Assembly: GCA_963716475.1 (NCBI GenBank)
Contig: OY970314.1
Coordinates: forward strand, 692,790-756,789
Direction: 5' to 3'
Length of the DNA stretch: 64,000 nt
From: Candidatus Woesebacteria bacterium
Lineage (GTDB): Bacteria; Patescibacteriota; Microgenomatia; UBA8517
The stretch's first letter is position 1. Each line of letters opens with the position of its first letter. The position numbers and the translations under genes were made by a program. This document shows positions 30,007-40,504 of this stretch, piece after piece. The notes beneath the pieces are model-generated. The model had not been told where the DNA came from, ran no database searches, and worked only from the letters and a program-made list of their open reading frames with translations.

Positions 30007-30647
30007 TTTTTCAGCTTTTCTACGATTTTATGAAGATCTGAGGCAATCTCATCAATCGGGCGCTCTCCGTCTACTTTTGTTAATATTCCTTTATTGTCTA
30101 AATAGTCAATCAGTTCTTTTGTGTTTTCCTGGTAGTATTTAAAACGAACCTTGACAGATTCCGGGTTGTCGTCCTTTCTCTGAATTAATTTTCCGCCGCA
30201 TTTGTCGCAAATTCCGTCTTTCTTCGGAGGTTTGGTAACCGTATTAAAGTTCTCCCCGCAGCTTTCACAAACTCTTCTCGATGATATTCTTTCAATAGCG
30301 ACGCTTTCACTTACATCCAAGGATATTACTAAATCTATGGCGTCTCCTTTGGTACTCAGAAAATTTGCCAATGCTTCATATTGTGTTATGAATCTTGGAA
30401 ATCCCTCAAAAAGAATATTTTTTAGATCGGGTTTTTCGTCTTTTAAAAAGTCAAGAACATGCATTGTCATCTCTTCTGAAGGGATGAGTTTACCCGACTC
30501 AACAATCTCCTTAATTCTTGGGTCGGTTTGGGCCAATTTTCTTGATACGTCCCCCGTAGAAAGATGAAAAAGTCCGAATTCATGGCATAAAATATCGGCT
30601 TGTGTACCTTTGCCTGACGCCGGGGAACCAAGTAAAACTATATTCAT
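30003..30647 (-). CDS. adk: Adenylate kinase (zinc-lid type)
   Basis: P-loop GSPASGKGT; Cys4 lid (CESC...CDKC). Confidence 0.9.
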   Translation of the reverse strand: MNIVLLGSPASGKGTQADILCHEFGLFHLSTGDVSRKLAQTDPRIKEIVESGKLIPSEEMTMHVLDFLKDEKPDLKNILFEGFPRFITQYEALANFLSTKGDAIDLVISLDVSESVAIERISSRRVCESCGENFNTVTKPPKKDGICDKCGGKLIQRKDDNPESVKVRFKYYQENTKELIDYLDNKGILTKVDGERPIDEIASDLHKIVEKLKK

Positions 30648-31927
30648 TTGGTAAATCCTTCGTACTTTTCCATCACGAGTTCTCCCTCCATTTCACGGAT
30701 TAGCTGAAGCGCAACCGACACGAGGATTAAAACGCTTGTGCCCCCGATTGCGAGATTCGTGGCGCCAAGGGCATTTCTAAAAAGGGAAGGAAGTACCGCA
30801 ATAAGTCCCAGAAATGCCCCTCCCACAACCGTCAGGCGGGAAAGGACATGTCCCAAATATTTTTCGGTTTCCTTGCCGGGCCTAATTCCGGGAATAAATC
30901 CTCCGCCTTTTTGCAAATTTTCGGCCACTTTTTCGGGACTAAACACAACTGCCGTGTAAAAATAAGTAAATCCGAAAACCAGCAGGAAATAAACAACGTT
31001 GTATAGTGCCGACTGGGGGTTAAAGGCAGTGCTTACGGCCTTGGCAAATCCGGCTATCCCGGCATTCGGGACATTCGCCAAGAACTGCCCAAGAAGCGAC
31101 GGCAAAAGAACCAAAGATACAGCAAAAATGATAGGAATTACTCCCGCCTGATTCAACCTGAGAGGCAGATAAGAGGTTGCCCCAAGACCGCTCTCGGTCC
31201 GTCTTTTTGCATAGTGGATTGGTATTTGACGGGCCGCTTCGCTGACAAAAACCACAAGGCCGACTATGATTACGAAAATTATCACAAATAACGATATTTT
31301 TAAGATGTCCTGGGACTGGAAAATACTGGCGGATTGACCCAATGTAACGGGAAGTCTGGCCACGATTCCGGTAAAAATCAGGAGGGAAACCCCATCCTTA
31401 AAACCGTATTCACTGATAAGTTCCCCGAGCCAAACGGCAAAAATAGTCCCCGCCGTCATGGTTATAACAAGCGCAAGAAGATGAAGGGGATCGAGGGTGG
31501 TTATAACTTTTTGTCCCCTGAGAAGCGCGTACATTCCGAAAGCCTGAAGAGCCGCGAGAGGAACCGTTAAGAGTCTGGTGTACTGATTAATTTTCTCCTG
31601 ACCAAAGTCCCCCTCTTTCTGAAGCTCCTCTATAGCAGGGACTACATAGCCAAGTAGTTGCAGGATAATCGAGGCATTAATATATGGATTAAGCCCTAAT
31701 GCCAGAATTGAAAAGTTGGCCAAAGTTCCACCCGAAAATACGTCAAGAAGAGAAAGCAGCGGACTTCCGGCAAAAAGGGCGGCGAGCGTGGTTTTATCTA
31801 TACCGGAAGCCGGAATATGCCCCGCCAACCTGAAAACAATAAGGACAATGCCCGTGATCAGCAGCTTCTTCCTTATCGAAGGAGTTTTAACTACTTTTGA
31901 AAAAAATTGGCCGACGGACTTAAGCAT
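30644..31927 (-). CDS. secY: Protein translocase subunit SecY
   Basis: 427 aa, 10 TM; located at the end of the spc operon. Confidence 0.9.
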   Translation of the reverse strand: MLKSVGQFFSKVVKTPSIRKKLLITGIVLIVFRLAGHIPASGIDKTTLAALFAGSPLLSLLDVFSGGTLANFSILALGLNPYINASIILQLLGYVVPAIEELQKEGDFGQEKINQYTRLLTVPLAALQAFGMYALLRGQKVITTLDPLHLLALVITMTAGTIFAVWLGELISEYGFKDGVSLLIFTGIVARLPVTLGQSASIFQSQDILKISLFVIIFVIIVGLVVFVSEAARQIPIHYAKRRTESGLGATSYLPLRLNQAGVIPIIFAVSLVLLPSLLGQFLANVPNAGIAGFAKAVSTAFNPQSALYNVVYFLLVFGFTYFYTAVVFSPEKVAENLQKGGGFIPGIRPGKETEKYLGHVLSRLTVVGGAFLGLIAVLPSLFRNALGATNLAIGGTSVLILVSVALQLIREMEGELVMEKYEGFTK

Positions 31928-32060
31928 AAGCGGGTTAATTATATCTCAAAAGTGATCCTGAAAATAGTGCACAGGATTGAGGCTTATCCAAAGAGGATCT
32001 GTCTATTTCTTGCTTGTCTAAGAAATTGGAGAAAGAAAGAGAATGTTACAATAATAAGCA

Positions 32061-32693
32061 ATGAAGTTCTTTGTTTCGATAGCCGTCATCGCTTTTATTT
32101 CAACGGTTGTTTACTACTTAAGTAAGAAAAACAAACGGAGGGCTATTATTTTAACTGCCACGGTTGCTGTTTTGCTCCTGGGTTTTCTGGCTTTTACCAT
32201 GTATCGGGATACCACATTAAAGGATATTCAGTGCTCGACCCCCCACACAACCACAAACACCCCGCCGGCGAGTTTGAAAACCGCCATGGACTTCTTTCTA
32301 CAGGGAGATTATGACTACGATATAGGCAACTGCACCAAGGCAATTGCCGATTACACAACTTCAATCAAGCTTAATCCGAATTATCCGCAGACCTACAATA
32401 ATCGTGCTTATACTTTCATGCGTCTGCGCGATTATAAGAGCGCATTACCCGATTTAGATAAGGCAATTTCACTGAATCCAAACTATATTCAGGCTTTAAT
32501 GAACAGGGGCGATATTCACAATTATTATTACGCGATTGACAGAAAAAGCGCGATTGCCGATTATGAAAAAGTTATTGCACTTGGGGCAACTCGGGGAACA
32601 AGCGTTTGCGGGCATCTTTTCCTGGCCGAACACGACGGCTGGAACTTGGGAACTTTTTTCGGATTGCCCCTGGCGTATTTCAGATGCAAATAA
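32061..32693 (+). CDS. Tetratricopeptide-repeat protein with N-terminal TM anchor
   Basis: Three or four TPR units (AIADYTTSIKLNPNYPQTYNNRAY...). Confidence 0.7.
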   Translation: MKFFVSIAVIAFISTVVYYLSKKNKRRAIILTATVAVLLLGFLAFTMYRDTTLKDIQCSTPHTTTNTPPASLKTAMDFFLQGDYDYDIGNCTKAIADYTTSIKLNPNYPQTYNNRAYTFMRLRDYKSALPDLDKAISLNPNYIQALMNRGDIHNYYYAIDRKSAIADYEKVIALGATRGTSVCGHLFLAEHDGWNLGTFFGLPLAYFRCK

Positions 32694-32767
32694 CCGGTCT
32701 CTTCAGCTTCTTCACAGATTAAACCGCTATACTGCCCCTCTACCTAAAATATTGGAGGTGAATAAAT

Positions 32768-33004
32768 ATGAAAACAATGACATGCAGACAAATGGGAGGC
32801 CCTTGCGATATGGCGATTCACGCCGCCTCTCCCCAAGAAATGATGGCAGAAGGAGGAAAACATCTTAAGGAAATGGCAGACAAAGGAGACGAGGAGCATA
32901 AAAAAGCTCTTGCAATGATGGATAAAGGTCCGGATACCCCGGAGAATAAGGCGTGGATGGATAAGCTTACGGCAGATTTTGCCGCGCTCCCCGTAGACCA
33001 ATAA
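32768..33004 (+). CDS. DUF1059-family small protein
   Basis: MTCRQMGGPCD N-terminal signature; good SD GGAGGTG. Confidence 0.6.
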   Translation: MKTMTCRQMGGPCDMAIHAASPQEMMAEGGKHLKEMADKGDEEHKKALAMMDKGPDTPENKAWMDKLTADFAALPVDQ

Positions 33005-33058
33005 GGAGAAAATTGAAATTCAAATGTAGATTGTCGGGGAAGCCACGAATCGGGCAGG

Positions 33059-33412
33059 TTATGTGGCTTCCTCGTTCTTTTTAACACGTGCCTTTATTAA
33101 CTTTTTTATTAACTCCACCGGAAGTTTTTTATCGAGGGGGAATTGGATTGTACTCACCGCAGTTTTATAATCCTTAAGTTCACTTTTAAATTCTTCCACA
33201 ACCGGAGGCATAACATATAGCCCTATGTGAGTTTTGAAAAGGGCAAAATAGGCCAGACGGCCTCTGTACCCGTAATAAGGCATTCCGTAACTAATTTTTT
33301 CCTCCGCCTTAGGGACGGTCGATTTTATTATTTTCCGAAGCTCCTTCAGTTTTTCCCGAACCTCTATCGGAGAATTTTCAATGTATTCATCTACACTTCT
33401 TAGTTGTGCCAT
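33059..33412 (-). CDS. DUF1801 (YdhG-like) domain protein
   Basis: 117 aa; YGMPYY-like motif. Confidence 0.5.
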   Translation of the reverse strand: MAQLRSVDEYIENSPIEVREKLKELRKIIKSTVPKAEEKISYGMPYYGYRGRLAYFALFKTHIGLYVMPPVVEEFKSELKDYKTAVSTIQFPLDKKLPVELIKKLIKARVKKNEEAT

Positions 33413-33518
33413 AACCGGATTGTATCAAAACCCAACTGGGAAGTTTCTGAAAAGTTATGAATAATTGAATTTCTATTTGCTTCTCAAGACTTGATTCTTT
33501 ACAATTTGGACATATTCT

Positions 33519-34352
33519 ATGACTTGGTTTTTATTCGCACTTTTGGCAGCCATTACATGGGGAGTCGGCCAAATTCTTATCAAAAAAGGGTTTGAGCACA
33601 CGACTGCTTTATTTAATAATTTTTTAGCAACCATTTTCGGTTGCCTGATATTTATTCCCTTCTCTTTAATTGGCGGGGTTAATTGGTCTCTCTTCCCAGG
33701 TATTCTTATTATAGCCTTACTGGCAGCAGTACCCAATCTAATTTATTATTACGCCGCAGAAAAAGGAGAAATTTCACTTACCGGAACACTTATTGCAACA
33801 TACCCCATTTTTACTATTTTATTATCTAGTCTATTCTTGGGCGAGCATATAGACATCTTCCAAAAATTAGCAGTTCTCGTCATAATAATCGGTTCTTTTT
33901 TGGTTTCAAAACCCAGTAAGTTTACTTTCAAACTCGAATCTTGGGTGGTTTGGGGGTTCTTTGCAGCAATAATGATTGGATTTGCGGATTATATTGGAAA
34001 AGTTGCCTTGATAAAATTCGACATTTATTCATTTATGTTCGCCTTTTCCCTGAGCTACATAGTAACAATTATTATAAATTTCATCCTTGATAAAAAGGGA
34101 AGAAAATTCCCGAGAATTACCGAGAGAAAGTTTATTCCGACTCTGAGCGGCACCTTTATGATGGAATTTGGGCTATTGTTATTTTATTTAGCTCTAAACA
34201 CCGGAAAGGCTTCGCTAGTTTCTCCAATTTCAAGTTCTTATATGGCCCTTACCATAGTTTTGGCAGTGATATTTCTTAAAGAGAAAACCACGAAAACCCA
34301 ACTGGTTGGAGTGGCCCTGGCTGCAGCTGGTATTATTCTTATTGGAATTTAG
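33519..34352 (+). CDS. EamA/DMT family transporter
   Basis: 277 aa, 10 TM, two EamA repeats. Confidence 0.7.
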   Translation: MTWFLFALLAAITWGVGQILIKKGFEHTTALFNNFLATIFGCLIFIPFSLIGGVNWSLFPGILIIALLAAVPNLIYYYAAEKGEISLTGTLIATYPIFTILLSSLFLGEHIDIFQKLAVLVIIIGSFLVSKPSKFTFKLESWVVWGFFAAIMIGFADYIGKVALIKFDIYSFMFAFSLSYIVTIIINFILDKKGRKFPRITERKFIPTLSGTFMMEFGLLLFYLALNTGKASLVSPISSSYMALTIVLAVIFLKEKTTKTQLVGVALAAAGIILIGI

Positions 34353-34430
34353 GTGAAAGCTATAGCACGAGTCAGATCGAAATACTTCTGAAAAGTTGAT
34401 CTTTGAATAATTCGGAGTATAAAGATCTAT

Positions 34431-34937
34431 ATGTCAGAGCGGTTGAATGAATATGTTTGGGTTCCGACTCCGGAAGATTCGGCAAGAGAGCGGGTGTTTA
34501 TAAAATCGGAAATCCAAGAACTGGGTGAAACAAAAATTGACGATCTTGTACTTGTAGCGACTAAGTACGGGGGCAATGTATATGACCCATACTCCCATTA
34601 TGGCGTAGGTGCAGCCTTGTTAACTGTTGGTGGAAGAATGTATGGCGGAAGTAATTCAGAAAACGTCGCTTATTCACCAACAAACCACGCCGAAGGATCC
34701 GCAATAGCTTCTGCCAACAGTGAGGGAGAGGCGAGGAAGCAAAGAAAATATATTAAAGCAATTGCCATAAGCCATGATGGAGATACCGGTCCCTGTGGTG
34801 AATGTCTACAAAGAATTATCGAACACACAGATGATTGCCTTATTATCGTTGCCGACCCCGAGGGTAAAATAAGAAGGATTACTTCGCTTGTTGCCTGTCT
34901 CCCATACAACTTTAATCCTTCACATTTGGGAAAATAA
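34431..34937 (+). CDS. cdd: Cytidine deaminase (homotetrameric type) with N-terminal extension
   Basis: HAEGSAI and PCGECLQ zinc-binding motifs; collinear with B. subtilis Cdd. Confidence 0.75.
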   Translation: MSERLNEYVWVPTPEDSARERVFIKSEIQELGETKIDDLVLVATKYGGNVYDPYSHYGVGAALLTVGGRMYGGSNSENVAYSPTNHAEGSAIASANSEGEARKQRKYIKAIAISHDGDTGPCGECLQRIIEHTDDCLIIVADPEGKIRRITSLVACLPYNFNPSHLGK

Positions 34938-34940
34938 ATC

Positions 34941-35603
34941 TTATGGGCATTCGGGGGACTTGGTGAAACCTGCGGATTTGGCTTCTTTGTCCGAACAAAA
35001 CCAATCCTCACCTTTGAATTTTTCTATAATAGTCGAGGTGTAGTGGTTGCAGCCGGGAACAAAATATACTTTAGTTCCATCCGATTGTGTAATATTCCCT
35101 TTGATGACACACTTCGGATTTGGCGGACTTAACTGATAGCATTTTGACGAAAATATTCCCAAGCTTTTAGCTTTAGCGAAGTCTTCGGCGGCATTTATCG
35201 CATCCGTCTCCGTTCCCGCGTCTCTATGGCTTTCGGCAAAGCCGTTCTTGACCATGTATTCGTTTACCGATTCACCATTAAGATAAACAAGGGCCATAAC
35301 GCGTCTATAGATATCGGTTTTTAATTCTTTTAAAACGACTGTCTTGCCCGAAATCTTTTTGGTTAACGCCACTTTTGCCTCCTGTCCAAAACAATATTGA
35401 AGTTCGGGGGCATCAGCGCCGTATAAACGGATTGTTTGGTCGTTTCCGATTTTAAAAGAATCCCCATCAATTACTGCAACAACTTTTTCTCCCGGAGTAA
35501 TAACTTTTTTAGCAACACCAACGCTTCCTGCGATTATGGCAGTTGCTCCGACTGCCAATACAACTTTTTTCCAAGACAGCTTTTTCCTTTTGGTCCGGAG
35601 CAT
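34941..35603 (-). CDS. Secreted staphylococcal-nuclease-like (thermonuclease) protein with Cys-rich C-terminal domain
   Basis: N-terminal TM/signal; SNase motifs (DGDSFKI, LYGADAPE); C-terminal CxC-rich tail. Confidence 0.7.
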   Translation of the reverse strand: MLRTKRKKLSWKKVVLAVGATAIIAGSVGVAKKVITPGEKVVAVIDGDSFKIGNDQTIRLYGADAPELQYCFGQEAKVALTKKISGKTVVLKELKTDIYRRVMALVYLNGESVNEYMVKNGFAESHRDAGTETDAINAAEDFAKAKSLGIFSSKCYQLSPPNPKCVIKGNITQSDGTKVYFVPGCNHYTSTIIEKFKGEDWFCSDKEAKSAGFTKSPECP

Positions 35604-35656
35604 TAATTTATCGTATCACAAGTACGAAGAAGTAATTTTGTGTTAATATCCTAACT

Positions 35657-36247
35657 ATGACAGAGGCAGATATTTTGGAATTGATTAAGAACGATTCTTG
35701 GATGGTGAAGGTTCTTATGGCAACTAAAAGTCTGGATCTTCCCGATTGGTGGATCGGTGCAGGTTTTGTACGAGGAAAGGTTTGGGATACTCTTCATAAA
35801 TATTCTTCGAGAACCCCGCTAACTGACATCGATGTAATTTACTACGATAAAAAAGATTTTTCTGAAGATGAAGCGGGTAAAGAGTCAACCCGACAGGAAA
35901 AAACTTATGAACAAAAACTAAATAAGTTAATTACGGGGGTTAATTGGTCAGTAACAAATCAAGCACGTATGCATGTGTATCACAATACAAAACCTTATAA
36001 ATCCTCCGAAGAAGGATTGGGAGACTGGGTTGAAACAGCAACTTGTGTGGGAGTTAAAATCGATAAAAACGGCGATTATGTCCTAACCGCTCCCCATGGA
36101 ATCGATGACTTGGTGAATTTAATCCTTCGGCCTACTACAAAAACAGAAAGAAATTTGAAAGAGTTTGATAGAAGAGTAACCAATAAAAAATGGCTTATCA
36201 AATGGCCGAAACTGAAGGTTGAGAATTTTCTTCAGCAATCTCTCTGA
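35657..36247 (+). CDS. Nucleotidyltransferase-family protein (NTP_transf_6-like; assignment tentative)
   Basis: WWIGAGFVRG...DIDVIYYD pattern typical of this predicted nucleotidyltransferase family. Confidence 0.45.
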   Translation: MTEADILELIKNDSWMVKVLMATKSLDLPDWWIGAGFVRGKVWDTLHKYSSRTPLTDIDVIYYDKKDFSEDEAGKESTRQEKTYEQKLNKLITGVNWSVTNQARMHVYHNTKPYKSSEEGLGDWVETATCVGVKIDKNGDYVLTAPHGIDDLVNLILRPTTKTERNLKEFDRRVTNKKWLIKWPKLKVENFLQQSL

Positions 36248-36500
36248 TAGCTTCTACTATTCCTACCGGTAAATCGTATGACCATATTTGCCTGGCTAAA
36301 TCATTATTCTCTTCACCACCATCTTCACCGGAAGACTCCCAAAATGCATCGATACCATCCTTAAAAACACTATTTCCGGACTCTTGAAGCATTTTGGATA
36401 TTCCTTTATCTGTATAGATTTTCTCCAAAATATTTTTAGGATAATCCGAGAGAAATATTCTTACTTCTTGTCCGGCTCCCGGAATTTCTTTTATCACACT
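36198..36500 (-). CDS. Hypothetical acidic protein; start uncertain
   Basis: ORF 36198..36650 overlaps rplO, so the real start must be internal (GTG or ATG after 36549); no homology recognised. Confidence 0.25.
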   Translation of the reverse strand, partial: SVIKEIPGAGQEVRIFLSDYPKNILEKIYTDKGISKMLQESGNSVFKDGIDAFWESSGEDGGEENNDLARQIWSYDLPVGIVEAIREIAEENSQPSVSAI

Positions 36501-36549
36501 GTAAAAAATGATACTACAAATTGGCCGGGGATAATATAACCTTTTGGGT

Positions 36550-36987
36550 TTATTTTGAAGCTTTAGCCGGTTTTTCGGGGACAACCACAATCGATCTTTT
36601 GGAGGTTGAGACGGAAAACTTAAATTTCTTTTTGTTGTCGCCGATTCCAACTATTTTGACTCCTTTGAGTTTGGCGAGAGCGGCCTTGAGAATTCCGTGT
36701 TTAACCAAAAGTTCTGTCGTAACCACGCTTCCTGCCGATAAAACTTCAAGCCGGGCGTAGCTTATGGAAACCGGTTTTGAATTGACGTGGAATTTTCCCT
36801 TGCCGCGCATTTTGGGAAGTCTTTTAAGTAAAGATTTCTTTACTTTCATTCCTTCAAAAAGAACGTTTATTTTTCCACGGCTCTTCTGTCCTTTTTGACC
36901 ATGACTACTGGTGTGGCTTCCTTTGCCGCTTCCCATACCGCGTCCCAGTCTTTTTTTCGATTTGGCTACAACTTTAGGTAAATTCAT
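36550..36987 (-). CDS. rplO: 50S ribosomal protein L15
   Basis: Gly-rich KRLGRGMGSGKGSHTSSHGQKGQKSRGK N-terminus. Confidence 0.9.
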   Translation of the reverse strand: MNLPKVVAKSKKRLGRGMGSGKGSHTSSHGQKGQKSRGKINVLFEGMKVKKSLLKRLPKMRGKGKFHVNSKPVSISYARLEVLSAGSVVTTELLVKHGILKAALAKLKGVKIVGIGDNKKKFKFSVSTSKRSIVVVPEKPAKASK

Positions 36988-36991
36988 ATTT

Positions 36992-37483
36992 TTATTTCCT
37001 CCTTGCCTCTACTATTCCTGATATGGTTTCAAGAGCTTTTAATGTTGCGTAAACATTGGAAATTTTATTTTTAGTTCCCAAAATTTTACCTACTGCATCG
37101 CGAATTCCTGCGGCTTCCAAAACAACTCTCATCGGTCCTCCCGCAATAATTCCGGATCCGGGAGGCGCTGGCTTAAGCAAAATTTTTGCCGCCGAGAATT
37201 TTTCGTTAACGGAATAGGGGACAGTTGTGCCGGCGAGAGGGACCACAATCATTTTTCTTTTGGCCGCTTCTACCGATTTTCTGATGGCATTTCGAACATC
37301 AGTTGCTTTGGCAAGACCGACCCCGACTTTGCCTTTCCTGTCTCCCACTACAACCAGAGCCGAAAATCTGATTTGGTTTCCGCCTTTGGTCTTTTTGGAA
37401 ATTCTATTGATTTGGACCACTGTTTCCTCAAACTCTTTGGGTGGGCCTTCGAAATTTGTGTTTCTGTTTCTGCTAAATCCCAT
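36992..37483 (-). CDS. rpsE: 30S ribosomal protein S5
   Basis: 163 aa; dsRBD plus S5 C-terminal domain. Confidence 0.9.
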   Translation of the reverse strand: MGFSRNRNTNFEGPPKEFEETVVQINRISKKTKGGNQIRFSALVVVGDRKGKVGVGLAKATDVRNAIRKSVEAAKRKMIVVPLAGTTVPYSVNEKFSAAKILLKPAPPGSGIIAGGPMRVVLEAAGIRDAVGKILGTKNKISNVYATLKALETISGIVEARRK

Positions 37484-37495
37484 ATTTATATTTGG

Positions 37496-37852
37496 TTAAA
37501 AAACCAAGCCTCCTTTTCTTGCACCTTCAGCGAGAGCTTTAACTCTGCCGTGGTACATAAATCCGTTTCTGTCAAAAACTACGGTTTTAATTTTTTTAGC
37601 TAAAGCCTTTTTGGCAATTTCTTCACCAACCGTTCCGGCTATTTGTGTCTTTGTCATCTTCTCTTTTTTAATTTTAATATCCGAGTAGGTTAATAAAGTC
37701 TTGCCTTTTTCATCATCAATAATTTGCCCGTAAATATGGATATTGGATCTAAAAACCGAAAGTCTCGGACGACCCGTTGTTCCGATAACTTTGGCTCTGA
37801 CTCGCCTTTTTCTTTGATCGTATCTTTTTGCTTTGATTTCTTTGCTTCTCAT
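37496..37852 (-). CDS. rplR: 50S ribosomal protein L18
   Basis: 118 aa; conserved C-terminus [16 protein letters not shown]. Confidence 0.9.
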   Translation of the reverse strand: MRSKEIKAKRYDQRKRRVRAKVIGTTGRPRLSVFRSNIHIYGQIIDDEKGKTLLTYSDIKIKKEKMTKTQIAGTVGEEIAKKALAKKIKTVVFDRNGFMYHGRVKALAEGARKGGLVF

Positions 37853-37859
37853 ATAAATA

Positions 37860-38420
37860 TTAGGCAGCGGCCGCAGGACCGGCTTTGGCAGCGGCTGCTT
37901 TACCCGCTTTCCTTCTTATAACCTCGTCCACATATTTTATTCCTTTGCCTTTGTAGGGTTCCGGAGGTCTTACTCCGCGGATATCCGCAGCAACCTGTCC
38001 CACAACTTCCCTATTAATTCCGTCAACCGTAATGAACGCCTTTTCCACTTTAAAAGTAATTCCTTCCGGGGCTTCAATCTTAACCGGGTGATTATACCCC
38101 ACAGTCAGGGATATGGCCGAACCAACCACTTCCGCTTTAAAACCCGTCCCCACAAGTTCAAGTTTCTTAAACCATCCCTCCGAAACTCCTTTAACATCAT
38201 TGTTGATTAAAGCCCTAATTGTTCCGTGCAAAGACATAATGTACTTTCCGCTTCCCTTAGCACTAACGAGGACCTTTCCTTCTTTAACTTCGACATTAAT
38301 TTCCGGAGGAAAATGTTTTTCCAAAGTTCCTTTTGGCCCTGTAACTTTTACCGTGTGGCCATTGACCTCTACCGTAACTCCCGCCGGAATTAATACCGGT
38401 TGTTTTCCTATTTTACTCAT
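37860..38420 (-). CDS. rplF: 50S ribosomal protein L6
   Basis: 186 aa two-domain L6 with Ala-rich C-terminal tail. Confidence 0.9.
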   Translation of the reverse strand: MSKIGKQPVLIPAGVTVEVNGHTVKVTGPKGTLEKHFPPEINVEVKEGKVLVSAKGSGKYIMSLHGTIRALINNDVKGVSEGWFKKLELVGTGFKAEVVGSAISLTVGYNHPVKIEAPEGITFKVEKAFITVDGINREVVGQVAADIRGVRPPEPYKGKGIKYVDEVIRRKAGKAAAAKAGPAAAA

Positions 38421-38424
38421 ATAA

Positions 38425-38841
38425 TTAAGACCAAATTTGGGCGATGACTTCCCCGCCGATCCTTAGTTTAACTGCGTCTTTAGATGAAATTATCCCTTTT
38501 GGCGACGTAATAAGATAAGTTGAAGGGCCTTTCTTTTTGTCTATTTCGTCAACTCCCATATAAATTCTTAAGCCCGGTTTTGAGATAAGCCTTAGATCCA
38601 TTATGACCGGCTTCTTGTTTTTGAAAGCCAGCGTAACGGTCAGAACTTCTTTATCCTTTTTGACTGTGTCCAAAAATCCGAGTTTCTTAAGCGCTTCGGC
38701 AATGGCCACAATCTGCTTCTCGGCTTTATATTCCACGCTTTTATTGCCGGCCATCGCGGTATTTTTAATTCTTATCAAAAAGTCTCCGACCGAATAATTT
38801 GAAAATGTGTTTTTCATATTACCAAGATGCCTTTCTGACAC
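38425..38841 (-). CDS. rpsH: 30S ribosomal protein S8
   Basis: 138 aa; collinear with S8. Confidence 0.9.
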   Translation of the reverse strand: MSERHLGNMKNTFSNYSVGDFLIRIKNTAMAGNKSVEYKAEKQIVAIAEALKKLGFLDTVKKDKEVLTVTLAFKNKKPVIMDLRLISKPGLRIYMGVDEIDKKKGPSTYLITSPKGIISSKDAVKLRIGGEVIAQIWS

Positions 38842-39004
38842 CGGGTATTTCTCCCTTTAGGGCATATTCCCTGAAACAAAGTCTGCAAATTCCGAATTTG
38901 CGCAAGTATCCACGCGACCTCCCGCAGATTTTACATCTGTTGTGATATCGGACTTTGAACTTTAATTTTTTAGTTTCTCTTACTTCCTTTGCAGTCGTTG
39001 ACAT
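38819..39004 (-). CDS. rpsZ: 30S ribosomal protein S14 type Z (zinc-binding)
   Basis: 61 aa with CKICGRS...CRLC motif. Confidence 0.9.
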   Translation of the reverse strand: MSTTAKEVRETKKLKFKVRYHNRCKICGRSRGYLRKFGICRLCFREYALKGEIPGVRKASW

Positions 39005-39008
39005 ATAT

Positions 39009-39554
39009 TTATTCTTTCACAAATGGGCAACCCATCAGTTCCAACAGTCTTTTTGCCTTTTCAGGTTCCCCTGCGGTTGTAACAATAGTAATTTCGAGTC
39101 CGTGGGCCGCGGCAGCCTTTGCCGGATCAACTTCGGGAAAAACCGTGTGTTCCTCAAATCCTAACGTATAATTACCCCTTTTATCAAAAGACTTCAAAGA
39201 TACTCCCCTAAAATCCCTAAGACGCGGCAGGGCTATCGAAAAAAGCCTGTCCAAAAACGAATACATACGTTCTCCCCTTAAAGTAACGCTAAGCCCCACA
39301 GGCATCCCGGCCCGAAGGTTAAAGCTTGCAATCGAAACCTTAGCATTCCGGATTGACGGAGCCTGTCCGGTGATGGCTGCAATGTCCCTCTTCAGGTTAT
39401 CCATTTGCTCCTTATTTTTAGCTGCAGCTCCGACGCCCATGTTTACAACAACTTTATCAACAACCGGAACAGCGTGGCTGTTTTTTATATCAAACTCTTT
39501 TGCAAGAGTTACCTTTATTTCTTTTTCAAATTTTTCCTGTAATCTGGTAATCAT
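39009..39554 (-). CDS. rplE: 50S ribosomal protein L5
   Basis: 181 aa; collinear with L5. Confidence 0.9.
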   Translation of the reverse strand: MITRLQEKFEKEIKVTLAKEFDIKNSHAVPVVDKVVVNMGVGAAAKNKEQMDNLKRDIAAITGQAPSIRNAKVSIASFNLRAGMPVGLSVTLRGERMYSFLDRLFSIALPRLRDFRGVSLKSFDKRGNYTLGFEEHTVFPEVDPAKAAAAHGLEITIVTTAGEPEKAKRLLELMGCPFVKE

Positions 39555-39865
39555 TTTGCGTCAATCTCCTTCTTACATTTTTTGCATATCCTGACTTTTT
39601 CTTCTCCCGCGAATTTAAAACCGACTCTGGTTATTTTTTTGCATTTTGGGCAAATAAGGGCGATTTTGCCAAAACCTAAGGGGCGGGGAATCGGGTAAAT
39701 CCCACCCTTAACATCGCCAAAACCTTTGACATGCTTTTTATAAAGGTTAACTTCGGGAATTATGACTTTTTCCTCGGCGGGTATGATTTTTTCAATTTTG
39801 CCTTCCCTGCCTTTGTCTTTCCCTATCATTATTTTGACTTGGTCCCCAACTTTAAATTTGATCAT
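39551..39865 (-). CDS. rplX: 50S ribosomal protein L24 with Cys4 motif at C-terminus
   Basis: KOW motif (GDQVKIMIGKDKGREGKI); CPKC...CKKC replaces the usual DPKT...AKKS positions. Confidence 0.9.
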   Translation of the reverse strand: MIKFKVGDQVKIMIGKDKGREGKIEKIIPAEEKVIIPEVNLYKKHVKGFGDVKGGIYPIPRPLGFGKIALICPKCKKITRVGFKFAGEEKVRICKKCKKEIDAK

Positions 39866-39870
39866 AAAGA

Positions 39871-40236
39871 TTAGACAACCTCCCTGGCCAGTGACGCTAT
39901 CTTATTGTAACCGGCTTCTTTAATTTCCCTGGCTATGGGGCCCAAAATCCTGGTTCCCCTGGGTAATCCTTGTTTATCAATAACTACCCCTGCATTATCG
40001 TCAAATCTAACGTAACTGCCGTCTTTTCTTCCGACTTCCTTACGGGTTCTGACAATCAAAACTCTTACTTTTTCGTGATCGGCCACAATTCCTGCAGGGT
40101 CGGCTCCTTTTACAACCCCGAGAACCACGTCCCCAAGGGTGGCGAATCTGCCTACTCTCCCGGGAACGCCGATTATCATAATTCTCTTGGCTCCGCTATT
40201 ATCTGCCGGTACCATCATTGTTCTAAGTTGCAACAT
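39871..40236 (-). CDS. rplN: 50S ribosomal protein L14
   Basis: 121 aa; conserved L14 sequence. Confidence 0.9.
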   Translation of the reverse strand: MLQLRTMMVPADNSGAKRIMIIGVPGRVGRFATLGDVVLGVVKGADPAGIVADHEKVRVLIVRTRKEVGRKDGSYVRFDDNAGVVIDKQGLPRGTRILGPIAREIKEAGYNKIASLAREVV

Positions 40237-40237
40237 A

Positions 40238-40483
40238 TCACTTTGCCTTTCCTTTCTCTTTAACTACTCCCATGATTTTCCATTTTTTCGTTTTAGAGTA
40301 GGGTTTTGAACCGCTAAACTTAACCTGGTCCCCAACTTTTACCCCAGTCTCATCGTGAACCTGATATTTTCTTATTCTTTTTAGCCTTTTTTTGTAAAGC
40401 GGATGAATAGTCATTCTTTCCACAGCGACAGTCGCCGTTTTGGCTGTCTTAACTGCAACTACTTTTCCCGTAAATATTTTCAT
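40238..40483 (-). CDS. rpsQ: 30S ribosomal protein S17
   Basis: 81 aa OB-fold protein. Confidence 0.9.
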   Translation of the reverse strand: MKIFTGKVVAVKTAKTATVAVERMTIHPLYKKRLKRIRKYQVHDETGVKVGDQVKFSGSKPYSKTKKWKIMGVVKEKGKAK

Positions 40484-40504
40484 AATAGTAATTTCAAGCT
40501 TCGC

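Noticed and set aside
36198-36650. Full-length 150-aa ORF antisense/overlapping rplO
   Set aside because: Its first 33 codons overlap the rplO 3' end on the same strand in another frame. Only the portion downstream of 36549 can be an independent gene, and it is reported with low confidence.
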